In this document: piece by piece, positions 28,706 to 39,718 of the stretch | Numbering within the stretch: the first letter of the stretch is position 1 | How the letters are laid out: each line of letters starts with the position of its first letter | Assembly: GCA_018817585.1 (NCBI GenBank) | Contig: JAHITE010000081.1 | Span: forward strand, 68,549-132,548 | Source of the DNA: Candidatus Omnitrophota bacterium | GTDB lineage: Bacteria; Omnitrophota; Gorgyraeia; B26-G9 | DNA length: 64,000 bases | Direction of reading: 5' to 3' | Notes under the pieces: generated by a model | The model's input: only the letters and a program-made list of their open reading frames with translations | What the model was told of the DNA's origin: nothing | The model's database searches: none | Translations under genes and position numbers: made by a program

Positions 28706-30018
28706 TGTTTATCTCCCATTAAATCATAGACCATACTGTCTGTTATTTTCACTCTAATCATCTCTCCGACTTTTAGCTTATCTCCATTGACATAAATCAG
28801 ACCATCTACATCCGGAGCATCAAATTGACTGCGGCCAGCAGCCAGATTTTTTTCTGGAACCTCTTCAATCAAAACATCGATTACTCTGCCAATAAGTTTA
28901 TTATGTTTTTTTGTAATAATTTTCTGCTGTAAAGTCATAATTTTTTTAAGTCTGCTTTGCTTTATTTTTTCCGGAATCTGGCCTTTTAACTCCGCGGCCA
29001 AAGTATTTTCTTCCTGAGAATAAGCAAAAACACCCAATCTTTCAAATTCCGCGGTTTTAATAAAATCAGACAATTCCTTAAAGTCAGCTTCGCTTTCCTG
29101 AGGAAAGCCGACAATCAATGAAGTCCGCAGAGCAGCATCCGGCAATTCCGCCCGAATTTGTTTTATTAAATCTTTTATCCGCTGTTTGCTGACTTTCCGC
29201 CCCATTAATTTTAGGATTTTATTGTTTATATGCTGTATCGGCAAATCAATATACTTGCAGATTTTTGGTTCGGTTTTTATCGTATCCAGCAATGCTTTAT
29301 TAAAATGTAATGGATGAGAATACAAAATTCTTATCCAAAAATCACCTTTTATTTTAACCAGCTGCTTTAACAATAAATCTAAGCTGAATTTTTGATAAAT
29401 ATCCTGACCGTAAAAAGTCGAATCCTGGCTGATTAAATTAATTTCTTTTACCCCTTTTTTAACCAATGCTTTAACTTCCGCGGTTATTGACTCGATTGTT
29501 CGGGAACGATAAGCCCCGCGAATCTGAGGAATAACGCAGTAGCTGCAGCGATTATCGCAGCCATCAGCGATTTTAACATACGTGTAATGCGACGGCGTAA
29601 GCGATTGGCGGGGAGTCGTATGTTTATACAAATAATGATTTTTCGGGGTAATTAGTTTATATTCATTATTATCGGCTTTTTTAATCACGCTAATAATTTT
29701 ATCAATACTTCCCGGACCAACAAAACCATCAACTTCTTTTAACAATTCCGGCAAATCCTGACTATATCTTTGCGGCAAACAACCGGCGACAATAATCTTC
29801 TTAAGCTTGTTTTTCTTTTTTAATTCAACCAGATTAAAGATCTCGTCAATCGCTTCCTGCTTTGCCTCTTTTATAAAAGCGCAAGTATTGATAATCGCGA
29901 CATCAGCGCCATTAGCATCTTCTTTGATCTCAAATCCGGCTTTTTTTAAAAACCCCAGCATGATCTCAGAGTCAACCAGATTTTTAGAACATCCCAAACT
30001 AATCAATGATACTTTCAT
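28702..30018 (-). CDS. rimO: ribosomal protein S12 methylthiotransferase RimO
   Basis: SLGCSKNLVDSE, NTCAFI, GCDNRCSYC, DAPDVDG. Confidence 0.95.
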   Translation of the reverse strand: MKVSLISLGCSKNLVDSEIMLGFLKKAGFEIKEDANGADVAIINTCAFIKEAKQEAIDEIFNLVELKKKNKLKKIIVAGCLPQRYSQDLPELLKEVDGFVGPGSIDKIISVIKKADNNEYKLITPKNHYLYKHTTPRQSLTPSHYTYVKIADGCDNRCSYCVIPQIRGAYRSRTIESITAEVKALVKKGVKEINLISQDSTFYGQDIYQKFSLDLLLKQLVKIKGDFWIRILYSHPLHFNKALLDTIKTEPKICKYIDLPIQHINNKILKLMGRKVSKQRIKDLIKQIRAELPDAALRTSLIVGFPQESEADFKELSDFIKTAEFERLGVFAYSQEENTLAAELKGQIPEKIKQSRLKKIMTLQQKIITKKHNKLIGRVIDVLIEEVPEKNLAAGRSQFDAPDVDGLIYVNGDKLKVGEMIRVKITDSMVYDLMGDKQ

Positions 30019-30088
30019 TTTAAACCTTTTAGCAATAAAACTAGCCTCTCGGTCATTTAAAAACAGCTTGAGCTCAATCCTAAATCAT

Positions 30089-32392
30089 TTACTCTTCTGA
30101 TTCCCGCGTGTTCAAAGCAACCTCATCCCAGCTATCAACTAAAATCTCCCGGGCCTTGGAGCCGCGAAAAGCGCCAACAATCCCTTCTTCTTCCATCATA
30201 TCAATCAAACGCGCGGCTCTGGAATAACCTAGGCGCAGCCTACGCTGGAGCATAGAAACCGAAGCTTGCTGCGAATTAATCACTAATTTTGCCGCTTCTT
30301 CAAACAAAGCATCTTTTTTATGTTTAGTCCCGCTGGCAAACATTTTAACCGGATCTTTAAGAATTTCATCAGAATAAACAGCCAACCGCTGTTGTTTACA
30401 GAAGTTCACGGTTTTTTCAATTTCATCGTCATTAACTAATGCGGACTGAGCGCGGACTAATTTAAAATTTCCCGGTTTCAGGAACAGCATATCGCCTTTA
30501 CCTAAAAGTTTATCCGCGCCGTTCATATCCAAAACAGTTCGGGAATCTATTTTACTAGCTACGCGGAATGAAATTCGCGCTGGGAAGTTAGCTTTAATTA
30601 AACCGGTAATAACATCCACAGAAGGACGCTGCGTTGCCAATACTAAATGAATGCCGATTGCCCGGGAAAGCTGCGCTAAACGGGTAATCGAGCCTTCGAC
30701 TTCTTTGGGACTAAGCAGCATCATATCCGCTAATTCATCAATAACTATAACAATATAGGGCATTAGTTCAAGAGGAATTTTCTTATCACCATCCTCAATC
30801 TCTTTAAGCCCTTCTTTTATTTTTTGATTATAACCGGCAATATTTCTCACTCCCACTTTGGCCAGCAATTTATAGCGGTCTTCCATTTCTGAAACCGCCC
30901 ATTCTAATGCCCCGGCTGCTTTTTTCACATCATTAATGACCGGACAAATCAAATGCGGCAAACCGTTGTACATTGTCATTTCCACCATTTTAGGGTCAAC
31001 TAAAATTAATTTCACTTCTTCAGGACTGGCTTGAAATAACAAGCTCATGATCAAAATATTCACGCATACTGTTTTTCCCGCGCCAGTGGTTCCGGCAATT
31101 AGTAAATGCGGCATGGCCGCTAAATCCGCGACCAAAGTATTTCCGGAAATATCTTTTCCCAAAGCTAAAGTAACTTTAGAAACTGAGTCCTGAAAATCCG
31201 GAGTTTCCAGCAGTTCTTTAAGAAAAACCAATGTTGCTTTGATATTCGGCACATCCACGCCGACTGTTCCCTTGCCGGGAATCGGAGCGACAATATGCAC
31301 GCTGGGCGCTTTTAAATTTAAAGCAATATCATCGCCCAAATTCATAATTTGATTAATTTTTACCCCCGGAGCAGGCTGCAATTCATATCTGGTTAATACC
31401 GGGCCTTGCTCAACAGCCGTGACTTTTACTTCAATATTAAAATCACGTAAAGTTTCTTCAAGTATCCGGGAATTACCATCAAGATCATCTTTAATCAATC
31501 GCTGTTCTACCGGCGGCGGATCGGTTAATAAATCAAGCGGCGGAAGTTTATAATCACCGACAAATTTCTGGGCAAACACCCGCGCGGGAGTTTCTTTTTT
31601 AGCTTTAGCTTTTATTTTTGGCTGTGGCTTTTTCATCACTAATTTTAAGAATTTGCTGACCATGGCTTCTTCTTTTTCCGGAACATTTTTCTTTTTCTGG
31701 CGTTTGTTAGACTTAACCGGCTGATCCAAGCCATCGGTATCATAATCTTCTTCAGCTTCCTCTTCCTGATAATCATCCGTAACAACTTTTCTTATCCGCG
31801 CCGATCTTGACTGCCTGGCTGCCTTGGTTTTATCATTTTTGATAAAACCAGGCAATTTCAATAACTGAAGTAAACCTTTTGAAGACTGTAAAACAATCGG
31901 CACAATCAAAAACTCTGTGGCTAATAATAAGGAAAGAATAAAAATAGTACCGAGAATGATCATGCTCCCGATTTCACCAAAATATTTTGTCAGCATTAAG
32001 GAAGTATAAAAACCTAAAATTCCTCCGGTAGCCATCCGACTGACATTATAAGAAGAAGTAAGCGTACTCATCATTGCGGAAAAGGACCAGATCACAAAAA
32101 AAAAGCCAAAGAATTTGGCATAAAAATTCGCGGTAATCCTGCCCATTATTTTACCGATTGCCCATAAGCAGAAAAGCGCGGGAATAAAATAAGCGCCCCA
32201 GCCGATAGCCAGCAATAAGCCCCAAACAAGATATGCTCCAACATAACCAGTAAAATTCTTGAGATGAATATTAGGACTTGAAGTATTAAAGAGAATATCT
32301 GCTGGATCATAAGAAAAGAAGCTGATTAATAAAAAAGTACACATTCCAAAAAGGATAACCGCCCACATTACCCTAACTTGTTTTTCACTCAT
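30089..32392 (-). CDS. ftsK: DNA translocase FtsK/SpoIIIE
   Basis: N-terminal 4TM, PHLLIAGTTGAGKT, IDELAD, ATQRPS, gamma domain LQRRLRLGYSRAAR. Confidence 0.96.
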   Translation of the reverse strand: MSEKQVRVMWAVILFGMCTFLLISFFSYDPADILFNTSSPNIHLKNFTGYVGAYLVWGLLLAIGWGAYFIPALFCLWAIGKIMGRITANFYAKFFGFFFVIWSFSAMMSTLTSSYNVSRMATGGILGFYTSLMLTKYFGEIGSMIILGTIFILSLLLATEFLIVPIVLQSSKGLLQLLKLPGFIKNDKTKAARQSRSARIRKVVTDDYQEEEAEEDYDTDGLDQPVKSNKRQKKKNVPEKEEAMVSKFLKLVMKKPQPKIKAKAKKETPARVFAQKFVGDYKLPPLDLLTDPPPVEQRLIKDDLDGNSRILEETLRDFNIEVKVTAVEQGPVLTRYELQPAPGVKINQIMNLGDDIALNLKAPSVHIVAPIPGKGTVGVDVPNIKATLVFLKELLETPDFQDSVSKVTLALGKDISGNTLVADLAAMPHLLIAGTTGAGKTVCVNILIMSLLFQASPEEVKLILVDPKMVEMTMYNGLPHLICPVINDVKKAAGALEWAVSEMEDRYKLLAKVGVRNIAGYNQKIKEGLKEIEDGDKKIPLELMPYIVIVIDELADMMLLSPKEVEGSITRLAQLSRAIGIHLVLATQRPSVDVITGLIKANFPARISFRVASKIDSRTVLDMNGADKLLGKGDMLFLKPGNFKLVRAQSALVNDDEIEKTVNFCKQQRLAVYSDEILKDPVKMFASGTKHKKDALFEEAAKLVINSQQASVSMLQRRLRLGYSRAARLIDMMEEEGIVGAFRGSKAREILVDSWDEVALNTRESEE

Positions 32393-32395
32393 TGA

Positions 32396-32845
32396 TTATA
32401 CTCCGGTATGGCCGAATCCCCCTGTATTGCGGACAGTTCGATCAAGTTCATTCACTACTTCAAATTCCGCCTGTGTAACCTTATTTATTACCATTTGCGC
32501 GATCCGGCTGGCTCTTTTAATTTTATAAGATTCCGCGCCGAAATTTATCATAATAATATTTATTAAGCCGCGATAATCAGCATCTATCGTTCCAGGACTA
32601 TTTACAATTCCAATCCCATGTTTTACAGCCAGACCGCTGCGCGGTCTGATTTGAGCCTCATAACCTTCAGGCAGACTAATATAAATCCCCGCGGATATCA
32701 GCTTAATCTGCCCTGGGTCAAGAGTAATCTCACCATCAACATCAGCATAAAGATCCATGCCGGCTGAGCCGCTGCTCATATAAGCAGGCAGCGGCAAGTC
32801 AGCACAGTTTTCTTTTTGTTTTATTTTAACTAAAATGGTATCCAT
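32396..32845 (-). CDS. dut: dUTP diphosphatase
   Basis: AGMDL, RPRSGLA, NSPGTIDADYRG, GGFGHTG. Confidence 0.97.
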   Translation of the reverse strand: MDTILVKIKQKENCADLPLPAYMSSGSAGMDLYADVDGEITLDPGQIKLISAGIYISLPEGYEAQIRPRSGLAVKHGIGIVNSPGTIDADYRGLINIIMINFGAESYKIKRASRIAQMVINKVTQAEFEVVNELDRTVRNTGGFGHTGV

Positions 32846-32860
32846 ACAGTTAACTTATCC

Positions 32861-34966
32861 TTACTCAGATTTCACTGAGTTTTCTTTTTTCGGCATCGCC
32901 TGTTTAACACTCAGGTTAATCCGTTTCATTTTATCAATTTCAATGACTTTAACTTTTACAATGTCTCCGACTTTTACCACATCTTCAACATTTTTCACAA
33001 AGCTGTCAGCCAATTCAGATACATGAATCAATCCTTCTTTATTCGGAAGGATCTCGCAAAAAGCCCCGAAATTCATCAAGCGGGTTATTTTGCCTTCATA
33101 TACTTGACCTACTTCAGCTTCCGCGATAAGTCCTCTAACAATATCAATCGCTCTTTGTGATGCTTTAGAATCAGCTGAAGCAATAGAGACTCTTCCGTCA
33201 TCGTCAATATCAATTTTTACTCCAGTATCAGCAACGATCTGTTTTATGATTTTTCCACCAGGGCCGATAATATCTTTTATCTTATCCTGCGGAACAGTTA
33301 TTACCGTAATCCGCGGCGCGTATTTAGATATATCCGCTCGCGGCTGAGCTAAAGTCTCTTCAATTTTATCCAGAATAAACAGTCTTGCCTGTTTTGCCTG
33401 AGCCAATGCTTTCTTCAGGATTTCAATATTAATTCCTTCGATTTTCGAATCAAGCTGAATCGCGGTAACTCCGTCACGAGTTCCAGTAACTTTAAAATCC
33501 ATATCCCCCAAATGATCTTCCAATCCAAGGATGTCAGTCAGAACCGCTACCGCATCGCCTTCTTTAATCAACCCCATGGCAATTCCGGAAACAGGTTTAA
33601 GAATCGGCACCCCGGCATCCATTAAAGCCAAAGTCCCGGCACAAACAGTTGCCATACTTGAAGAACCATTTGATTCGAGAATTTCTGAAACCAAGCGAAC
33701 CGTATAAGGAAATTTTTCCTTAGAAGGCATTACCGGCGCCAAGGCTCTCTCGGCCAAAGCTCCGTGACCAATCTCTCTGCGCCCTGGTCCGCGAATCGGA
33801 CGAACTTCCCCAACACTGAATGATGGGAAATTATAATGCAGCATAAAAGTCTTGGTTGATTCCCCAACTAAAGCATCAATTCGCTGTTCATCAGCGCTGG
33901 TACCCAAAGTTACTACGCCTAAACTCTGAGTCTGTCCTCGGGTAAAAATCGCTGAACCGTGAGTTTGGGGTAAAGCAGATACTTCAGAAGTTATTGGTCG
34001 GATATCAGTATATCCGCGGCCATCAACTCTTTTTTTGTTTTCCAGAATCATTTTGCGCACTTGCTCTTTTTCCACTTTCCCCAGCATAGCGGCAACATCC
34101 ATTCCGCTATAATCGGAATCATCGGAAACCAAGGCATCATCGAGATCACTAGCAATAATCGATAATTGCTCGATTCTTTCTTCTTTAGAACCAATTTGAT
34201 AAACTTCATTTAATCTGGCTAAAGATAACTCTTTTACTTTCTCATATAATCCAGTTGGTGTCTGCTTAAATTCAATCTGAGCTTTCGGCTTGCCGCATTT
34301 TTTCGCGAACTGCTCCTGAACAGCAATAAGCCCCAGCAGCTTTTCATAACCAAACTCCATAGCCTCAAGCATAACTTCTTCACTTACCTGATAAGCACCG
34401 CTTTCAATCATATTGATCCCGTTTTTACTGCCGGCAATCACAACTTCTAAATCACTTTCTTTGACTTGATCAAAAGTAGGATTAACAATAAACTGATTAT
34501 TTATCCTGCCGATTTTCACAGCACCGATTGGACCGGAAAAGGGGATATCTGATATAGTTAATGCTGTTGAAGCGCCAATCACTGACAGAATATCCGGGTC
34601 ATTGACCCCATCGCAGGAAAGTACCATAGCAAAAATCTGGATTTCATTATAAAAGCCTTTGGGAAATAAAGGACGCAATGGACGATCAATAAGTCTGGAC
34701 GTCAATATTTCCTTTTCCGAAGACCGGCCTTCCCGTTTAAAGAATCCTCCGGGGATTTTTCCAGCAGCATAAGTCTTTTCTTTATATTCAACCGTTAACG
34801 GTAAGAAATCTATATTTTCCTTTGCTTCTTTCGACATTACAGCAGTAACCAAAACAACAGTACCACCACAAGTAACTGTTACAGAAGCATTGGCCTGTTT
34901 TGCTAATTTACCTGATTCAAATACAATTGGATCATCACTTAATTTTATTTCAATTTTCTCTATCAT
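32861..34966 (-). CDS. pnp: polyribonucleotide nucleotidyltransferase
   Basis: IPGGFFKREG, RREIGHG, SNGSSSMA, GDMDFKV, KH and S1 domains. Confidence 0.98.
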   Translation of the reverse strand: MIEKIEIKLSDDPIVFESGKLAKQANASVTVTCGGTVVLVTAVMSKEAKENIDFLPLTVEYKEKTYAAGKIPGGFFKREGRSSEKEILTSRLIDRPLRPLFPKGFYNEIQIFAMVLSCDGVNDPDILSVIGASTALTISDIPFSGPIGAVKIGRINNQFIVNPTFDQVKESDLEVVIAGSKNGINMIESGAYQVSEEVMLEAMEFGYEKLLGLIAVQEQFAKKCGKPKAQIEFKQTPTGLYEKVKELSLARLNEVYQIGSKEERIEQLSIIASDLDDALVSDDSDYSGMDVAAMLGKVEKEQVRKMILENKKRVDGRGYTDIRPITSEVSALPQTHGSAIFTRGQTQSLGVVTLGTSADEQRIDALVGESTKTFMLHYNFPSFSVGEVRPIRGPGRREIGHGALAERALAPVMPSKEKFPYTVRLVSEILESNGSSSMATVCAGTLALMDAGVPILKPVSGIAMGLIKEGDAVAVLTDILGLEDHLGDMDFKVTGTRDGVTAIQLDSKIEGINIEILKKALAQAKQARLFILDKIEETLAQPRADISKYAPRITVITVPQDKIKDIIGPGGKIIKQIVADTGVKIDIDDDGRVSIASADSKASQRAIDIVRGLIAEAEVGQVYEGKITRLMNFGAFCEILPNKEGLIHVSELADSFVKNVEDVVKVGDIVKVKVIEIDKMKRINLSVKQAMPKKENSVKSE

Positions 34967-35028
34967 TCTCTTCTCTTTTCTTTTCTCTTTTTTATTATTT
35001 ATAATTTTCTCAACCCTATCGTTAATCC

Positions 35029-35298
35029 TTACTTTCTCAAACTGAGTTTATCAAGAATAGCTTTATATTTCTTGAAATCCTCTTTCTTTAGATAATCCAA
35101 CAACCGTCTTCTTTTAGAAACCAGCTGCAATAATCCGACTCTGGAACTATAATCTTTTTTGTGCATCTTTAAATGCCCGGTCAATTCATTGATTCTTGAA
35201 GTCAGTAAAGCAATCTGCACATTAGCCGACCCAGTGTCTTTATCATGCTCTTTAAAATCATTGATTATCTTTTCTTTACTATTTGTCACCTTTGACAT
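35029..35298 (-). CDS. rpsO: 30S ribosomal protein S15
   Basis: [25 protein letters not shown]; ATG at 35298 follows AGGAGG; upstream of pnp. Confidence 0.97.
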   Translation of the reverse strand: MSKVTNSKEKIINDFKEHDKDTGSANVQIALLTSRINELTGHLKMHKKDYSSRVGLLQLVSKRRRLLDYLKKEDFKKYKAILDKLSLRK

Positions 35299-35325
35299 AT
35301 TTTTCACCTCCTTTCAATTTTCCAT

Positions 35326-35354
35326 ATTCTATCATAAAGTTTTTTAAATGTAAA
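35326..35354 (-). promoter_or_regulatory. sigma70-type promoter of rpsO-pnp
   Basis: Minus strand TTTACA-N17-TAGAAT with extended -10 TG. Confidence 0.6.
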
Positions 35355-35483
35355 CCCCGTAACATACTTTAAATAAACTAAGTTATAGCAAATGATTAAA
35401 GCTTACTTCCCAGTTTTATTTTTAATTTACCGCATGAATAATTAAAATAAAATACAAATTGCAACATACTGCAAAATAATAAG

Positions 35484-35954
35484 TTAGGATATTTGGCGTT
35501 TTAAAGCAATCCGCTTAGGCCAAGGCAGATAATCAATAATCATTCGACCATTAAGATGATCAATCTCATGCTGCAGTACCCTGGCCAATAAATCCGTGGC
35601 TTCAAATTTGACATTTTCTCCGGAGACATTCATTGCTTTTAAAACTACCTGCGCACAACGAGAGACCTTAACCGTAATGTTCGGAAGACTTAAACAGCCT
35701 TCTTCCATCGCTATTTTTTTGCCTCTTTTCTTTATAATTATTGGATTAACCAGAACAATCGGACCTTGGCCAATATCGATGGTTATTACTCGTTTTAATA
35801 TCCCCACCTGAACAGCCGCCAGACCAATGCCTTTTTTTTCATACATTAAATCCAGCATTTGTTTAAAAAACTGCTTATCTTTAGCTGTTATTTTTTCCAG
35901 ATTATCCGAAGTTTTACGCAAAATCGGATTTTTATTGATTAAAATTTTTAACAT
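35484..35954 (-). CDS. def: peptide deformylase
   Basis: GIGLAAVQVG, EEGCLS, QHEIDHLNG. Confidence 0.97.
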   Translation of the reverse strand: MLKILINKNPILRKTSDNLEKITAKDKQFFKQMLDLMYEKKGIGLAAVQVGILKRVITIDIGQGPIVLVNPIIIKKRGKKIAMEEGCLSLPNITVKVSRCAQVVLKAMNVSGENVKFEATDLLARVLQHEIDHLNGRMIIDYLPWPKRIALKRQIS

Positions 35955-35956
35955 GA

Positions 35957-36865
35957 TCAGCTTTCTAGATATTTATTTACTGAATAAGCGGCAATCGCTC
36001 CTTGGCCGCAAGCAGTAATAACTTGGCGCAAAGTAATATCAGTGCAGTCTCCGCAAACAAAAACTCCGGGTTGACTTGCCGCTAAATTCTTATCGCTGAT
36101 GATATTGCCTGCTTTGTCTGTTTCAAGCAAATTGTTTAAAAACTCTGTCCGCGGATTCATACCCGCAAAAACAAAAACTCCCTGAATTTTCAGATCTTGC
36201 TGCCTGCCAGTATTAACATCTTTGATAATTATTTGTTCCACAATACTTGCTCCGCTGATTTTTACGCAAACAGCATTCAGGATAAATTGGATTTTTTTAT
36301 TTTCCCGGGCTCGGTCTTCTAAAATCTTATCCGCTCGCAATCCCTCACGGCGATGCACAATTGTAACTTTACTCACGAACTTAGTTAGATAAATCGCTTC
36401 TTCTAAAGCTGTATTGCCTCCGCCAATAACTACCACTTCTTTATCGCGAAAAAAAGGCGCGTCGCAAACACCGCAATAAGAAACCCCTTTGCCAACAAAT
36501 TCCGCTTCGCCTTCAATGCCTAGTTTCCGAGGTGATGAACCTGTGGCAATGATCAAAGTTTTTGTTATTAATTTTTCCCCGCCGTTTATTACAGTCCAAA
36601 AATCGTTTTGCTTTTCAATTTTTTCCACATCAAATTGTTTAAATTGATAAGCATATTTTTCCAATTGCTTTACCATCCGTTCCGCCAATTCAAATCCGGA
36701 AATCATTTCAAAACCCGGATAATTTTCTAATTCCAAAATTTGGCCAAGATATCCCCCAGGCATTGCTTTATCAATCAATAAAACATTTAACCGCGAACGC
36801 AGAGCATACAAACAAGCCGTCAATCCTGCCGGACCTGCTCCGATAATTATAAGATCATAAATCAT
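35957..36865 (-). CDS. trxB: thioredoxin-disulfide reductase
   Basis: GAGPAG, ENYPG, GVSYCGVCD, GGGNTALEEA; probable start MIYDLIIIG. Confidence 0.95.
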   Translation of the reverse strand: MIYDLIIIGAGPAGLTACLYALRSRLNVLLIDKAMPGGYLGQILELENYPGFEMISGFELAERMVKQLEKYAYQFKQFDVEKIEKQNDFWTVINGGEKLITKTLIIATGSSPRKLGIEGEAEFVGKGVSYCGVCDAPFFRDKEVVVIGGGNTALEEAIYLTKFVSKVTIVHRREGLRADKILEDRARENKKIQFILNAVCVKISGASIVEQIIIKDVNTGRQQDLKIQGVFVFAGMNPRTEFLNNLLETDKAGNIISDKNLAASQPGVFVCGDCTDITLRQVITACGQGAIAAYSVNKYLES

Positions 36866-39716
36866 GATTTCCCCCACTTTTAATGCTCAGCATATCTAAA
36901 CTCAGCATAATTTTCTGTCGCAAAGTATTATTTTTCAATATATCTATTTTTAACTGATTATAGGCATTAATACAAGCCTTAATATTATTTTTACTGATTG
37001 GATGATTACTGTATCGTGACTTTTCAAATTCCCGGGTTATCTCCTGAAGCGCTGGTTCAGATAAATTGTATTTTTTAGCAACAATCGCGCTGATTTCCTG
37101 CGGAGTTAAAAACTCATGCGAAATTACCCCTATTTTCTTAAATACAAACAAAAGATTATAAAATAAATAAATACTGATTCTGTTTAATTTAAATATTAAA
37201 TAATAACGCAGCTTTAAATCTCGAAAGATTTTCCTAAAAACACAGAAAATTAAATAAAAAACTGCCCAGCAAATTCCGCCACAAAATAATACGGCAAAAA
37301 ATACAAATAAATGCCAAAAGAAATTATTATTTAAACTCGTGCCATCCAACTGTTTGACTAAGATCTCGGGTTCTTCCTGTTTAGTTTTTTTCTTCACTTT
37401 ATGTTTATTCTGATTAGCTTGTTTAGACTGTTCATTATTAGGTAAAGTCACAAACTCTTTTTTTTGCTTATTACCTTTCGCGATTAAAGCGATTCGTTTT
37501 CTGAATTCTGATAATGGTTTGTTCTCAAATCTAAACAAATAATTGGTTATGGTTAGATTTTTTGGATCTTTTTCTGTTTTCTTTTCCTTTGCCGATTCAC
37601 TTCCCCCCGGGCTATGCCCCTCCCCCCCCGCGCCAGTACCTTCCCCGGCCACTCCATCAGAGGAACCTTGCCCAGCTGATTCCTTAGCCCCGTCAGTTCC
37701 TGATTCTCCGCCACCATTACCACCCGAACCCGCTTGATTTGACTGTCCACCAGAGCTGCCTGATCCGCCTGAGCCAGAATCTCCTTTGCCTTCTCCGCTG
37801 TTGCCTCCTGAACCTGATGATTTTCCTTGAGTCCCGCTTTTTCCTCCTCCAGATCCCGATCCATCAAGATTAGTGCCCCCTCCAGCTCCTTTAGAATCAC
37901 CTTTTCCATCATTGACTTCTTTTTGTTCCGAACCATTATTTTGATCTAAGTCAGGAGGAGAAGTTTTTTGTTTAGCTCCTTCATTATCTTCGCTATCTTT
38001 AAATTTATCGGATTGTTCATTAGCCTGATCCGATTCATCTCCAGATTCAAAAAATTCACTGCTTTTATTTTGAAAACTATCTGCTGAATCGTTTTTTTCA
38101 TCTGACTCTGATCGCTGATCTGATGGATCATTACCGCTGTTGGCTTGATTATCATTTGCCTTATTTTCAGATTGATTATCACCAGAAAGCCCGGTTTTGC
38201 TGTCTGTTTGCCCTGTTTTGTCATCTCCGGGATACAATGGAGAATCTTGTTTTTGGCCTTGTTCGCCTTCAGCATCTTTACCTGGTTCTTGACCACTTTC
38301 CCCAATATCCTGATCATTGGTTTCACCTATTCCTTGTCCTGATTCTTCTCTGACTTCACCTTCTACACTACCAGCCTCACCTTCACCTGTACCTTTCTCT
38401 CCAAATCCCGTCCCATCACCGACTCCATCATCACCTTCACCTATTCCTTCTTTTCCCTCGCCAGCCCCCTGATCACCGGAATCATTACCTTGGCTGTTAG
38501 CTTTTTCATTATCTTTATTTTTCGCTGAACCTTGTTTTTCTAAAGTCCGCATATCCGCGGTTCGGCCTTGATTTTGCTTAAGTTCATTATTTAAGCGGCT
38601 CAGCTCCTGCAAATCTTTTTTAATTTGCTCTCCAATTTCTTTAGCCTTCCCTGCCTGCAACGGATCATCTTTTCCTAAAAAACTGATTAAATTATATAAT
38701 TTTTTTTGTTTAGCAATCTTTGCTTTTAGATCTTTTATCTGGGTTTTAAGTTTAGATTCAAGGTTTTCTGCTGCTTTGCTTATTATTTCATTTTCATCTT
38801 CCGGACTAATATCCATCCCTTCGGAAACCAGGCCTTTTTGATTATTACCGTCTTTAATCTTGGTCTCAATTATTTCCTCTTTTTTCTTATCTTTGATAAT
38901 TAACGGCTGCTTCCATTTATTATTTTTAAAAAGCATTAAGTTTTCAGCTTTTTCCGGCTTGATAAAAAGCGAGCGCAAATAAGGCACAACTTCAGCTTGA
39001 CTAAGCTCTTTTTCTCCGCCTTGATACGGCATCATTAACCGCAAATTGCTTTTTGGTTTGAGTTTGAAATCAACTAAAGAAGCTCTGCCCCAGTCTAAAT
39101 CCAGCTGAAAAGAATACTTAGGCACAATAAAAAAAACAATTGTGCCAATACCCACTATCAACAAAGAAATTATAAAAGACAAAATAAATCTTCGGGTAAT
39201 GCTGACATTGCTAATCACATATTGACTAGCTTGATTTTCCGAAGAAGCGCTGATTTGAGTTATCTGCAGCAGCAAAACAGTAACAAATAAACCTAATCCA
39301 AAAAGCGCTACTTGATAACGCGGATGAATAATAAACGGCAGACAAGCGGAAAAAATTGTTATAAAAATGCATTCAAAATGAACCAAACTAAGCGCGGACG
39401 GATTTTCGATTATAAAACATCCGGCAATAATCAAGAGGATAAACACTCTGATCAGATTGGGTAATGCCGATTGCTGCAAAGTGAATTTCCAGAAAAAAAC
39501 CGGCAAAGCTATCAACAATATCCAGCCAAACAGCTTGCGCAGATTTTTTTTAAGCTCAAAGCTTACCTGAGAACTAAAGGTAATCCCCAAGGCGCAAGCA
39601 ATGCAAAATATTGCCAAATAAATTTTACCAATCAATGGCTCTGCTGATAATCCAGCGCAGGCGCATAAAATAAAGGTAAACAAAAAATATAAAGATTTGA
39701 TTCGATTATCATTCAT
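36855..39716 (-). CDS. polytopic membrane protein: N-terminal TM bundle, long low-complexity region, TM and C-terminal DUF4129-like domain
   Basis: About 6 N-terminal TMs ending FFIVPK, coiled coil, Gly/Ser/Asp/Glu/Gln-rich tract, TM, then LTPQE...ITREFEKSRYS; third gene of the MoxR-DUF58 operon. Confidence 0.75.
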   Translation of the reverse strand: MNDNRIKSLYFLFTFILCACAGLSAEPLIGKIYLAIFCIACALGITFSSQVSFELKKNLRKLFGWILLIALPVFFWKFTLQQSALPNLIRVFILLIIAGCFIIENPSALSLVHFECIFITIFSACLPFIIHPRYQVALFGLGLFVTVLLLQITQISASSENQASQYVISNVSITRRFILSFIISLLIVGIGTIVFFIVPKYSFQLDLDWGRASLVDFKLKPKSNLRLMMPYQGGEKELSQAEVVPYLRSLFIKPEKAENLMLFKNNKWKQPLIIKDKKKEEIIETKIKDGNNQKGLVSEGMDISPEDENEIISKAAENLESKLKTQIKDLKAKIAKQKKLYNLISFLGKDDPLQAGKAKEIGEQIKKDLQELSRLNNELKQNQGRTADMRTLEKQGSAKNKDNEKANSQGNDSGDQGAGEGKEGIGEGDDGVGDGTGFGEKGTGEGEAGSVEGEVREESGQGIGETNDQDIGESGQEPGKDAEGEQGQKQDSPLYPGDDKTGQTDSKTGLSGDNQSENKANDNQANSGNDPSDQRSESDEKNDSADSFQNKSSEFFESGDESDQANEQSDKFKDSEDNEGAKQKTSPPDLDQNNGSEQKEVNDGKGDSKGAGGGTNLDGSGSGGGKSGTQGKSSGSGGNSGEGKGDSGSGGSGSSGGQSNQAGSGGNGGGESGTDGAKESAGQGSSDGVAGEGTGAGGEGHSPGGSESAKEKKTEKDPKNLTITNYLFRFENKPLSEFRKRIALIAKGNKQKKEFVTLPNNEQSKQANQNKHKVKKKTKQEEPEILVKQLDGTSLNNNFFWHLFVFFAVLFCGGICWAVFYLIFCVFRKIFRDLKLRYYLIFKLNRISIYLFYNLLFVFKKIGVISHEFLTPQEISAIVAKKYNLSEPALQEITREFEKSRYSNHPISKNNIKACINAYNQLKIDILKNNTLRQKIMLSLDMLSIKSGGNHDL

Positions 39717-39718
39717 AA

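Noticed and set aside
37543-38353. Overlapping alternate-frame ORFs in the low-complexity region
   Set aside because: Expected by-product of biased, stop-poor sequence in the 953-aa gene; no exact tandem repeat or collagen-like Gly-X-Y run
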